Shown in pieces: positions 1-11,635 of a DNA stretch of 49,475 nucleotides. The position numbers and the translations under genes are program-made. Every line of letters starts with the position of its first letter. The stretch's first letter is position 1. Source of the stretch: Lama guanicoe (taxonomy: Eukaryota); contig MU054187.1 of NCBI GenBank assembly GCA_013239625.1, forward strand, positions 932,001 to 981,475, in the 5' to 3' direction. The notes under the pieces were generated by a model. That model worked only from the letters and a program-made list of their open reading frames with translations. It was not told where the DNA came from and did no database searches.

Positions 1-550
1 GTGTGCAGGGCTTCACGTGGAAATTGTTAGCGTTTCTGTCAAATCACATTAATTGAGGGTGTAACGTGTAATATCACTGTGACGGTTGGCTGGGACGTGA
101 AGCAGTTGTGTTACTTGTTATAATAAAATGAATGAAGAGACACGAACACAGGAAAGTCATGTGATGTCTGTGAAAATACTTCAAGAACTATACATCATTC
201 TTTGCAAATTTCTCGATGTATATCCTACAAAGAAAAGTAATTTTTTTCACATTGACAGAAAGGATCAAAAACGGTGCTTGGCACAGGCCTGCGGCTCTGG
301 TTTCAGTTTTATTATTTTATTTTGCATCTACCGCCATAGATTACAGTCGGCATGCTTTAGAAGGCGGGGGTGAGAGGAACCATCACAGCAGAAGAGTACA
401 GTAATAGAAGCAAGAAGCACTCCTCAAGGAGGAGAACCAGAGATCCCTAAAACGCGAGCGTTCCGGGTGTTTGGATGCAACCTGAAATGACTCCCCAAAT
501 AACAGGAAAATTCCCTAATTTACTGACACAATTTCTAACAGAAAAAAAAT

Positions 551-1085
551 CTTACCATGCCATCCAGAAATTGTACTCTGAGGTATTAACTCAAGAGAAC
601 TGAAAACACACGGGTGAGTGTGTGTAGATTACAGATGCGTGCACGCACACACACACACACCCCCACTTGTGAGTGAGTGTTTGTAGGAGTGTTAGGCATA
701 GTAAGTCAGAACTAGAAGCCACACAAATGCTCATCAGTAGGTGAACAAATAAAGGAGATTGTGGCGTGGCCGTGAAGTGGACAGTTACTCAGAGATAAAC
801 AGGAGTGAGCTGCTAACACACACACATGGACGAGATGCAGAACATGATGCTTGTTGGAAAATGCCAGACCCCAAGGAACACAAACCGCGGTTTCATTTAC
901 ATGAAGCTCTGGGACAGGTGTGATGGGAAGCAGCCGGGTGTCACCGGGGGCACAGAGGCGGGACGCCCCGGGCGTGGCGCAGGGGCCGGCCCTCTGACTG
1001 TGGCGGTGCGCGCTGGTGCGCGGGGGTGAGCCCTCAGGGCAGAGTGCCCGCGGTTACATCAGCAGTCGGATGTGCACGTTTCGAG
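551..1085 (+). mobile_element. Ancient L1 (L1ME/L1MC-like) ORF2-end/3' UTR fragment
   Basis: Degenerate L1 3' motifs: cttaccatgccatccagaaattgtactctgaggtatt, aactagaagccacacaaatgctcatcagtaggtgaac, atggacgagatgcagaacatgatgct, tttcatttacatgaagctct. It is interrupted by a short (CA)n at about 646-660. Confidence 0.65.
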
Positions 1086-1444
1086 AGCTCGCTGGGAACT
1101 GGGGGAGCTTCCCTCGGTAACTGGGACTTTCTAGTCTGCCGTGCACCTGAGACCACCCTGGGCTGTTCCCCAGGGCCCGTGGGTCCCCGCTGAGCTCGGG
1201 AAATGCAGGCCTCTGCTCTCCAGACCGCTAAGGCACTTGTGAGCAGTGTGACAACGGGGGGCTGGGAGGCTGGTCCAGGCACAGAGGGGACTGGCTCCGG
1301 CCGATAGGGCGGCGGGGCTATCTTGGTGCTGGGGGCAGTCTGTCCTCATCGTGGATGTCTGACTTTTCGTGTGGTTGCCACGGTGGACGGATCCCAGCCC
1401 CACGCCACCCAGGAGGGAAACACACCTCAGCGCAGGCAGAGCAG

Positions 1445-1628
1445 AGCTAGTCACATCTGGCCATTTAATTCAAACTGAGTATCGAAAAGTAAGTAAAACT
1501 TAAGGTTCAGTTCCTGAGGAGTAGCGGCTCCATCTCAAGCATGCGACGGCCCTCTGTGGCTCCTGTCAGATGAGATGGTGCAACTACTGAGTACTTTCAA
1601 CATCCCGGAAAGTTCCCCTGGGAGGCGC
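1445..1628. mobile_element. MER3-like hAT-Charlie non-autonomous DNA transposon remnant
   Basis: ctagtcacatctggccatttaattcaaa ... ttcagttcctgag ... tctcaagcatgc ... tttcaacatcccggaaagttcc follows the recalled MER3 consensus (ctagccacatgtggctatttaaatttaaa...ttcagttcctcag...catttccatcatcgcagaaagttct). Confidence 0.65.
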
Positions 1629-4132
1629 ATGCCCAGCACGCAGCATGACCCCTGAACTGTGGTGTCCAAGGTCGGCTTCTGGCTGACGACGTTCTGGTGA
1701 CAGATTCCATCCTTTCCCAGATCTGTATATTGATTCTAAGTATAGCTTCACAGAGAGTCTTAGTCTCTCATTTCAAATATTTTAAGCCCTAAAACACTTT
1801 CATTGTCCAAATGACCGTATCATAACTTCTCTGTGAGGATGCACGTGTCAGTGCTACGCCTGAGGTGGTTCTCTGATGGCTGAGAGACAACAGGACTTAA
1901 GGAGGGGGCGCTCCCTTACCCCTTATACCAGCCGGCAGGTAGGCTGTGGTCTACGGTACTAAGTCCACCATGGTTTCCCTTCAAGGTCACAGTCAGCCTG
2001 CAGAGCACGTGGGGTTTTCAGGAGCTGGGCAGAATATGCCGCTTTTGGATGAAATAGAGTAAGGAACGAGTAATTATCTATTGAAAGAAGGAATGAATGA
2101 ATAATTAATTCCTATTATGTTGGTTAAGACTTTTTAGTATAAGTGATGCAGATTTCCAAAGATGCTTTTGGCAAAATCTTTGTTGAAGTCCCACGGAGTC
2201 CTGCGTTTAAAAGGTGGACGCTTTTCCAGGCGTATCAGGTTTCATACAACACGTGGGGGCACATTTGCAAAGTTATATAGGACTTAAATGCTTAGAGCCA
2301 CTATTACAGAAGGTATGAAGCTAAACCAGCTTCTACAAGTTGGGAAGAAAGATGATTGGCCACATTTTAATTTTTCCGGGAAAACTCCTATCCTTGAGTT
2401 GAAACTGACTCCCAGTCAAGACTTGACTACATAGCATTGAGACTGAAATGAGCATGGCTTCCGGCTTTTACAGTTATATAACAATAATTTTAAAAATCCA
2501 ACCTTTAAAAAAACACACTGAGTTTTAGAAGCAACATGTCAGCTTGCATGACGCATTCCCAGCCCCGTCATTCGTTTTGTTGTCCACGGTGCACGCTGCT
2601 CGCAGGTGGCTCTGACAGTCTGTCGGGTGACAGAGCCTATCTGTATGTTTTATTAATGCGTAAATTAATCCTGATGGATTCAAACTGGGAACCTTAACAG
2701 CACAGAACTTCAAAAGAAGACATGATATTTTCAGGTTATACTCACACTATTTGAAAAAATGTCTCCTAAAACTCAATATACGGATCAAAGCAAAGACAAC
2801 TGTCCACGCACGTGAAACATCTGCCACGCCAGAAGCTACACGCTGCACTGACACACCCACAGTTCATGCCATTTACTTTATAAAATACTGTATTGTTTGA
2901 AATATACATTAAATTATTTTTAATAAGTCCATTTCTCATCGCTAAAAGTTTCCAGGTATAAATAATACATTTAATGGCCCCGTTCACCACCCAGATGTTA
3001 AAAATAACTTCTGGTATTTTTTTTTGCCAGTATATCATATATTTCATACACATGATATATGTTCAGATTTTCCGCTGAAAAATTAAAAAGGAAATCAAGA
3101 CACTGCTGTTTGTTGTTAAAAGAGCAAAGCTCAACAATTCTCTAGGGAAATCAGGCGGCGGTGTTACCATTAGAATTGTGTCTGCTGAGCTTAACCTATT
3201 TTCAGCGGCCCTAGCCCTGCGCTGACAAGACCAGGAGAGGGAAGAGGTCACTCGCACACCCCTCCCTCTGCAAGATGCCAAACGTCGCGACATTTCATAG
3301 CCTCAGAACCCGCCTTTTCCTTGGTCTCCAGTGGCCTGGACTCGCCTGCTGCCGTGACCGCTCAGGGAGCTGGAGAGGGTACGCCGCCAGTCAGGGAATG
3401 CCGCGCCCCTGAACATCTTATGGGTTAACTCTGTGTGACATGCAAGAACAAAATGGCTGCAGAGTAAAGCATCTCAGAGCTTCATTTCAGGGCCCGTGCA
3501 GACTTAACATGGCGTCTCCAGTCACTGCTGCTTCAGTCACCCCAGCATCTCGCCACCCCTGGCCTGCGCTGCCTGCACGTCTAGGTTAGATTCTTCTGAC
3601 GGCTGATGAGGATGAGCCGTGACCAGGACACGTAACAGCATTTACTGTTATCCGAAGGGGAATTGCAGGGGACAGGTTGGCCCTTGCAAATATCACTGGC
3701 TTAGTCCCTTTTAAGATCCTTTAATCTTACATGTTTGTGTGAAGGCCAAGACGTCGGTAACTGTCACCACCCGTCTCTCCTCCAGCAGCCTCGAGACGGC
3801 CCGTCCACATGGCAAGACTTCAGAACCTATCGAGAGCAAGGCTTATTATTGAAGGCTGTTTTTTGAGTGCTCTGTTTTCAGACACATTCGTTGGTTTTGT
3901 ATTAAATGAATAATCTATGGAAGCCTTTTAAGAATATTCATCCAGGGACAATGCAAAAAATTCCAGACTCTCGTCTAGACTCCAGGCACGAAGTAAAGCC
4001 ACCACAGTGTCGGCCCGGTGTTCACTGTGACTCTGGCTATTTTATTCAATAGTGTATGCTAGCTTTTACATTTAACTCTTTAGAGACAAGGTCCATACTT
4101 CAAACTGTTAGCGCTGTTGAACTGCGTGTCCC

Positions 4133-4143
4133 GTGACTCAGCA
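4133..4143 (+). promoter_or_regulatory. Consensus antioxidant response element (NRF2/BACH1-sMAF), GTGACTCAGCA
   Basis: Exact match to RTGACTCAGCA with an embedded AP-1 site. This is a motif match only. Confidence 0.3.
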
Positions 4144-5130
4144 GAGCCTCTCAAGTCTGTCTCCAGCCCAGGGACGTCAGCCTCACCCAGGACTTTGGAA
4201 AGGCGAGCGCTCAGGTCCCACTGTCCACCACTCAGAGCCTAATCAGAAATGGTCAGCTCAGCAATGTGTGTGCCTGCCCTCAGGGGCACCACCAACTGTC
4301 CGGGTGACTGAAAGGGGCTTGCGTGTGAGGGTCACTGGACTAGAGCACCTTCCGAGCCTCAGGATGCAGGGACCCATGTGATGCGGGAGGACGCTCAGCA
4401 TCCACCCCTCCCCACCGTTGCTCAGCGCCTCCAGGGACGCGGAGCACGCTGTCTCACAGGGACTCACGGAGCGTTTGCAGAGTCATTGGAAACTTAACGT
4501 GGCTTTCTCTGGTCGGGAGCCCAAAGTCTTTGGAAGCCAAATGAGGACCTAGTCATCACAGCTCCATTCTTAGGCTCTTAATTTTAAACAAGACAGTCTG
4601 AATTCCGCTTGGAAATGATTGTACTAACCTCACCATCTTATTCAAAGTATCCTTCTCCTTGAAAATAATCACCCCATTATCCTTGTTAGAAGCACATCAA
4701 AAGTTCACTCCATTTGTTTGCAAACGATTCCTGGCTCTGACCTTGACCCCCCGGTGACCTGGGACAGCAGCAGCCCTGGTGCTTCCCTGGAAAGGACAGC
4801 GCGGGCACAAGGTCATCGCGCGGGCGGCGTGAAGGGCCGCTCAGGCCGGGGCTTCAACTCCTGACGCCGCCTGGACACCGTCCCCTGCGCTCTGTCTCCT
4901 GCCTCGGCTTCACGCCATGCTGTCTCCCCACATGTCTCACCAGCTCCAAGAGAGCCTTTACTTGCTCGCCTTCTTGCCGGCAATCTCCATTTCAAAGTCT
5001 CTCCTTAGCATCTGCGGGGAGTGAAAGCTCGTTTTTCTTGTGTTCTTTACAAGGGTTTCCTTGCGGTGCTGCAGCACAGCCTGCATCTGGTCCGGGTTAT
5101 GGATGCGTATTTGCATTACAGGTACGTGTC

Positions 5131-5478
5131 CCTTGGAAACAAACGGCAAATTCTGACACAGGTTATGATGTGGAAGGACCTTGAAGACGTCACGCCACGT
5201 GAAACTGGACTCTCACACCAAGGACAGATACTGTCTGACTCCACTTCCACGAGGTCTCCGGGGAGGGCCAGCCCATAAAGACAGGAAGCAGGATGATGGT
5301 TTCCAGGCGCTGGGGAGACGGGGGAGTTGGGGTCTCATGGAAACGGAGCTACAGTTCGCAAAGGCAGAGAAGGTTCTGGAGACAATGGAGGCGATGGCTA
5401 CCCAGCACCTGAGCTGAACACTTAAAGATGGTTAGAATGGTAAACTGTAGGCTATGTATGTTTTACCACAACAAAAAA
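5131..5478 (+). mobile_element. L1MB-like LINE 3' end
   Basis: aaattctgacaca...ggaccttgaagac...ggacagatactgtctgactccactt...gaacacttaaagatggttagaatggtaaac...tatgttttaccacaacaaaaaa matches the L1MB 3' UTR and ends in an A-rich tail. Confidence 0.8.
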
Positions 5479-5879
5479 GGTTAAAACATTCAAGAGAATA
5501 TGATGAATTTATTTCAAGTAAATGTCTGTAAAATATGCTCACTTGTGGGAAATACCACTTGTTGGAAACAGCTACATTTTAAGGAGAAAGTGATGTCGAA
5601 TATTTTGTACAGCCACCCCCAGAAACAACCGCGGTGGAGAGACAGCAGGTCATCACAGCTTTTCCCAGCAGTGCGCACGAGGGGATTTTTTTAGTGCCTG
5701 GAAAATCCATGTGTTTATTCACTCTGAAAGGAGATGGTATTTGCAGGCGTTCATTCTAGATTGTAGCCTTTCTCCTTGCACGTGCGGATGCCAGTGTGAG
5801 GGGCATGTGAGGCGCAGACCCAGGACCTCGGGTGCTCCGTTTTATCAGCTGACACCCCGCTGGCAGAGGGAGGCACGCC

Positions 5880-5891
5880 GCTGACTCAGCA
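5880..5891 (+). promoter_or_regulatory. MARE/ARE-like site GCTGACTCAGCA
   Basis: 12 of 13 bases of the palindromic T-MARE TGCTGACTCAGCA. This is a motif match only. Confidence 0.3.
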
Positions 5892-7721
5892 GGGCGCCCA
5901 TTCCTGCAGGTGCCCAGGCTCCTCCCCAACCTTAGTCCTTGTTCTGATGCATTTCAAACAGCTCTCCTGTTCCCTGCTTCTGCTACCAAGAAAAATATTT
6001 TAAAAATTGAAACAACAATTTTTAAAGCGTTTATCAACTTCAGAAATCTTTGGAACAAATAAGGGTTTCACTGGTTTCCAGGAAAAAGTACACTGATGCT
6101 TTGGAAGGATTAGCTGGGAATCCAAAAAAGATTTTTTAAATGTTGATTAAATTTTGGTGACTTTCCGCAGACCAAGAGCGAGTGGGATCCTGGGTGAGCA
6201 GGTGGCCATCGACCTGGTGAGTCTACTCAGAGGCCAGGCCACTGTCACTCCCCGGGCATTGCTTTTTTTTTCACCAAGAATTTAGTTTCTGTTTTCTGTA
6301 TCAAGTAAATCTCTGCAGGTCCATTTTCTACTATATAGTTACTATATAGTTACATATGTAACTATATATGTCCATAACTATGCCGTTTATAGATAAGAAT
6401 AGAAGAAGAATTCAAAACATTCCTGTAGGTGCGTGTCCACCTTACACACCCTGTAACATGCCTGGTTTTAACACCCATGGTGCAGGGTGGGGTGTAGCGT
6501 CCTGGGACTATTCTCTGCTCCACTTCTCCCATCACAATTTTTCTCTCTGTATCCCCAGGTCTCCTCACGTGTTTTAAACATAGTGGGAATGCAATGAATT
6601 TTCACTTACAAAAGAAACGAAATGAATTAACAGTTGAGCAAGTGACGGGCGTGGTGTCTTTCTGATCCGTCTTCTCTCTGACCCCTGCCTCCTCCTATTC
6701 GCTCCACAGCACTTCTGGTTAGTCTTCTAGGATCCGCTGCTGCGCGTGATTGTATGAACCACCCTGATGCTGAGAAGTACCAGCCGCACACCCAGTTGTG
6801 CAAAACCCACAGCCCGTCTATTTTTCTTGTCTCTAACATTCAGCAAACCTGGGCTGTTCCGTCTTCCCGGGACCCCGGCTGGGCCCCTTTGTTTAAACCC
6901 ACTGCCTTTCTTTTCCTCACAGCCACGTCCCTGGTGGACCTGGACCTTCCGACTTTGTGTGTAGGACAGTCTCTCCCTTCCCAAGAGCGCTGAATAGGTT
7001 CTGTCAATGTGGTTACGAACACGACTGCAGTGTTGTAAATAATGCCGCGCCTGAGCTTTCCTACCAGACTGTAGGCTGTGGGGAGACGGGTCTCTGAGCA
7101 CTTTATCTGGGACCCTGCCAGGTTGCCCCCCGTCCCTGGGATCCAGTACAGAAACTCCAGTGCCTGGAGCACGAATCTGTGCCCTTAAGTGACAGTGGCT
7201 GCAGCGACCACTTTTCAAGGGAGAGAACGGGGGCTGTGGATGCTGGCTCTTCGGGGTGCTCCTGGGTTCAGAGAGGTCCGCTCTAGAGTCTGTGGCTGTT
7301 AAGTAACAGCTCATCTGCCCAATAACTACCCCGTAAACAAATTAGTTCACTTGGGGGATGATAATGACGCACTCTTCTCCATCTGAAGCTCTTCTAAATC
7401 TTCAAAGCATTTCACACGTTCTAATTAATTTTCCCAGCTCCCCTGCCAGGGGTTGCGAGCATCATGTGTCGGTTCGCGCGGTGAACCCTGAGTCCGTCCT
7501 TAGCCCAAGTCTGCAAACAAGCTTGCGGGGAGGCTGCGGTGGGTGAGGGCACTGAAGGCAGTGGGGGCGGGAGAGGAACAGTGCCTTGCCGTTTTTAAAG
7601 GTGCTTCCATCTAGTGGTCCTGCAGTTCCTACTATGAACTTGGGAGGCGCTGTGTTACCTGTCAGTGAGGGCAACTATAGTAAGAGAAGTAACTTGCTAT
7701 CAAATTACATTATTTCCTTAT

Positions 7722-7858
7722 ATTTTTGTTCTTATTTATTTATTTTGGGGGTTAGTTAGGCTTATTTGTTTATTTATTTATTTTGATGAAGGGACTGGGG
7801 ATTGAACCCAGGATCTCGTGGATGCTAAGCACGTGCTCTACCACTGAGCTATACCCTC
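7722..7858 (-). mobile_element. Camelid tRNA-Ala-derived SINE (Vic-1-like)
   Basis: The minus strand reads gagggtatagctcagtggtagagcacgtgcttagcatccacgagatcctgggttcaatccccagt, with Pol III A box TAGCTCAGTGG and B box GGTTCAATCC, followed by an (AAAT)n-rich tail. Confidence 0.9.
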
Positions 7859-9172
7859 TCTCTTAGTTTGAATTATTAATAATGACACTTATGAACCAGT
7901 TATACTTCTTATTTCATCCTATCTTCTTCCTTTGGTCCTTTCCCATAATGTTAATTTAGACTCCTGTCTACCGTGAGAATATGGAAGTTTGATGGTCACG
8001 GATCCAAATGCTGACAGAATTTCCAAAGGCTTTGTATGCACCAACGCCCACCATGTTCATTTTTTAACCTAAAATAAGTCACTCCAATAACAGGACAACT
8101 GATGGTTTTCTTTTTACACATTGGTCTTCCCGATAAGCTCAATGTCCACTTCATAAGGTAGGGAGAGTTTCTAAAAGAAATCGGCTGGTTTCTACTTCCA
8201 CACCCGTCTTGGCCCTTTCCCCAGCATGCACACAGAGCTCGCTGGCGTTTGCCTCTGGGGCGCTGCGTCACGAGGACTAGACTGCTGGCCCCCAGGGCCG
8301 TCCCCGTTCCCTCTGCGAGGCACCAGCCCGGGGCTCTCCTCCCCGGTATCCCGCGACAACGGGGCTGCCCGCTGGGAGTGGGTGCACACGTCCTCTCTCC
8401 TCCCTCCCAGTCATTTTACACCAGTCGCAAACCCTGTCAGCTGGTGAATCAGGTCACGTCACCGATTTCACTCCTCTTTGTCCTGAGCAACAGGAAGCGC
8501 AGCTGAAGAGTGCGCTGTAGCCCGGAGGGGCTTCTGAGGGGACAGCTGGCTTTAGGGCAAGCCTCAGTCCCAAAGAGTCTCGATCGATGGAAACAGAATC
8601 CCGGTGGAATTCAGCAGATGGGAAGAGTGTAGCAGGCTTGCTTCATCTTTTGAAATAAGGGCCAGCGATACCGAGAACCAGACCAGCCTAGGGAGTAAAC
8701 TGTCACGGCCGGGCAGGAACACACATGACACATCCTGCGTGCAGTCATCTCTCTCCAACTGAAAACGGGTCACAAGACGAAGCACTTTCAGATCAGATTT
8801 TACAGGGTCCTGGATTATTAGAGCCCCAGGAGGCCTGTAGCAAACTTCTCAGGTTTAGTTTAATCCCCCCAAACTAGTCATTTAAGTAGTACCATATATA
8901 ATGCTATTTATTCCCAAGAGCCAAACCCGCTCTCCTAGGACTTCTGCTCCCACCCGTGTTTGTGTCAACGCAGACTGTGAGAGCTGACTGCCGAGATCCT
9001 AGGCACCTGGACATGCCACTTGGGGGGCTCTGCCAGGCACACAGCTCCACGCCGACCCCCAAAGTGCTGGTGCAGCTTTCAGGATCACGCGGAACAAGAC
9101 ACGCCGTGCTCAGTCTCCACAAGCCCCCTCCAGGCTCTGTAATTTCTCTGTGGACTCAGGTGCTTAATCTTT

Positions 9173-9887
9173 TGTTCTTGTTTTTTGTTTTCTTTGAAGT
9201 CGAGTCAGTTTACAATGTTGTGTCGGTTTCTGGTGTCCAGTGTAATGTCTCAGTCATACATGTGCATGTGTACATTCTTTTTCATTATAGGTTACTGCAA
9301 GATGTTGAATACAGTTCCCTGTGCTGCACAGTAGGTCCTTGTGGTTTATCTATTTTACACACAGTAGTCAGTATCTGCAAATCTTGAACTCCTAATTTAT
9401 CCCTTCTTACTCCCTTTTCCCCCGGCAGCCATAAGTTTGTTTGCTACGTCTTTGAGTCTGTCTCAGTTTTGTAAATAAGTTCATTTGTATTATTTTTTCA
9501 ATTCCACATGTGAGCAATCTCATATGCGGTATTTGTCTTTCTCTTTCTGACTTACTTCACTTAGAATGATGCTCTCCAGGTCCATCCATGTTGCTGTAAA
9601 TGAAATTATTTCATTCTTTTTATGGCTGAGTAGTATTCCATTGTATAAATATACCACAGCTACTTTATCCAGTCATCTGCCGATGGACACTCAGGTTGTT
9701 TCCATGTCTTGGCTACTGTAAACAGTGCTGCTGTGAACACTGGGGTGTGTGTATCTTTTCAAATTAGAGTTCCCTCTGAATACATGCCCAGGAGTGGGAT
9801 TCCTGGATCACATGGTAAGTTTATTTTTTGTTTTTTAAGGAATTTCCGTGCTGTCCTCCATACTAGCTGCTCCAAACTGCATTCGAC
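9173..9887 (-). mobile_element. 5'-truncated artiodactyl/camelid L1 (ORF2 C-terminus + 3' UTR) with target-site duplication
   Basis: Minus ORF 9759-9947 (...ECSLEQLVWRTARKFLKKQKINLPCDPGIPLLGMY) resembles the L1 ORF2 C-terminus (ECKLVQPLWKTVWRFLKKLKIELPYDPAIPLLGIY). It has a typical 3' UTR and flanking 16-bp direct repeats at 9157-9172 and 9888-9903. Confidence 0.93.
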
Positions 9888-10222
9888 CAGGTGCCTAATC
9901 TTTAGCATGAAGGTGTTGGGCTGGATTCTGATCCCCTCTGACCCCAAAACAATGAGAGTGCATCACTAACAATGATTAGAGCAACCATAGCTCATGGTTC
10001 TAAGTTGTTTGTAAAAATAATTGTGAAACTTTTAGAACAACTTTAGATATGTTACATTAATTCTGTTTTATTTTTTAAAGCAAATCGACTTACTTTAATT
10101 AGGCATTCCCTATTTTCAAAAAGGATTTCTTTTGGCTGACTGACAATCCAGCATGTATTAAGTTAAATTACTCAGTTTGTTAAAGTATTTTATTCCATTT
10201 TATTAGAATCATAAAAGAATTT

Positions 10223-10651
10223 TGCCAACAAAAGATCCCTTCTTATTGATATGGAATAGAGAGAGAACACAGTTTATTACTGAGCAAACATTAACAGATT
10301 TACATGCATATGTGGCAGCCGGAAAGCGAGTGCTAATTGAGGATAAAACGTCGCACTTTTGATGCAGGAAAGCAGGAAAAACACAACTTCTGTTCTCTGG
10401 TCTCCTCGTGCATGTTTCTTGAAAATCTCTTGAAAGACCCCCGTGGTAACTCCTGAATTAACTTCTACATAGCGACGGTTATCTGGCCTGGGACCTCGGA
10501 GATACGTTTACATTGTAGAAAGTGAGACTGGGCGTAATCCTGGAGAGATTCATCTCCAGTCAAAAGACTAGAGCAAGAACTCAGACTCGCTCCTCCTCGA
10601 AGGGAACGCTTGAATGAGGGGCCAGGGGAAAGCTCCCTTTTCGCATTTACA
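10223..10651 (-). mobile_element. Probable old ERV solo LTR
   Basis: The minus strand starts TGTAAATG... and ends ...GGGATCTTTTGTTGGCA (TG...CA termini), with AATAAA about 50 nt before the 3' end (+ strand tttatt 10273-10278). I see no clear TSD and could not identify the family. Confidence 0.4.
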
Positions 10652-11251
10652 GGTGGAGAAAATAGTTTTTACCCTTAATCCTCCTTTAGTTTCCTTTATT
10701 TTCCCAAAATGTTGCAGAGTGTTACTGTCTTATACCTAGATTTTGCTTCTGAAAAGTTTTTTTAAACAGAATTCTGAAAAGTTATGCACATCTCAGTCCA
10801 GTTGCTCTTCCCAGGTGGCCAATATTAAGAGATGTGCTTTCAAATATATGGAAGTGGTTTTACTTCTTAATTAAGAAAAAGTCAATACTTTATTGGAACT
10901 GATGATTAACTCAGACAAAAGTATAGAGTTTTCCGTGTTATTTTTCTGTAAACGAATACTCGGTTTAAGAACGCCACACCATTGATTCCTGGTTTGCCCT
11001 CAGCCACAGTGTTTTAGATTTAAGAGCAGGTCATGGTGATCAGCAAAGAATTCAATTCTAGGACTAAATTAGTCTTACAAAGCTCAGAAAAGAGATTTAC
11101 TTTTAGGTTTTCTGAAGGATTCTAATTCACTCTTTTGATCAAGTGTCTCATTTAATAAATTGTTGATCTGTATAACCAGATCTCTTCCACGGTCTTTCTC
11201 TTTATTTATTCACTCCAGTGCAATTTTAAGAAGAGCAAACGGTCACATGTA

Positions 11252-11320
11252 CAACCACCCACACACACAACCACACACACAACCACACACACAATCACAC
11301 ACACACACAACCACACCACC
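11252..11320. repeat. Imperfect (CA)/(CACACACAAC) microsatellite
   Basis: Directly visible repeats. Confidence 0.9.
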
Positions 11321-11469
11321 CTGGCCTTATCTACAGCAAACACCAGGATGCTTGTGTTGTCAGAATATTCTTGTTAAAGTGAAGAGGGAAAGGGGGCGCT
11401 CAAGGACTAGAAATTTAGGAACCTTCTAGAATCTGCTGGGGATGGTACATTTATGTAGGAGAATCTCCT

Positions 11470-11635
11470 CCGCGCGCAGATATGAGAACAGCGCACGTGG
11501 CCCTGGACGGCGTGTTCCCCGGGGGACGCAGGTGCTGGGGTCTGATGTGCGCGTGCGTGGGGCTGGGCTGGGAGCGGCCCGGCGGCTGGGGCGCGCTGTC
11601 TGCCGCGGGTTTTCATTCAGGACAGGGGTGCGCCT
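11470..11635. promoter_or_regulatory. Small CpG-rich cluster
   Basis: Dense CpG/GC sequence (cgcgcgc, gcacgtgg E-box, gtgcgcgtgcgtgggg) within AT-richer flanks. Confidence 0.3.

Noticed and set aside
6727..7314. 195-aa minus-strand ORF (and the 184-aa ORF at 47660-48214)
   Set aside because: There is no recognisable domain, the composition is typical of random GC-rich frames, and no exon structure supports them.
7601..7620. CTCF-like CCACTAGATGGAAG on the minus strand, and CCAGCAGGGGGGCGC at about 45214-45229
   Set aside because: Each breaks the conserved GGC core (a C-to-A change, or an extra G).
7790..7858. tRNA-Ala-like sequence with A and B boxes (also at 20130-20193)
   Set aside because: It is a SINE head followed by the family linker and A-rich tail, not a functional tRNA gene.
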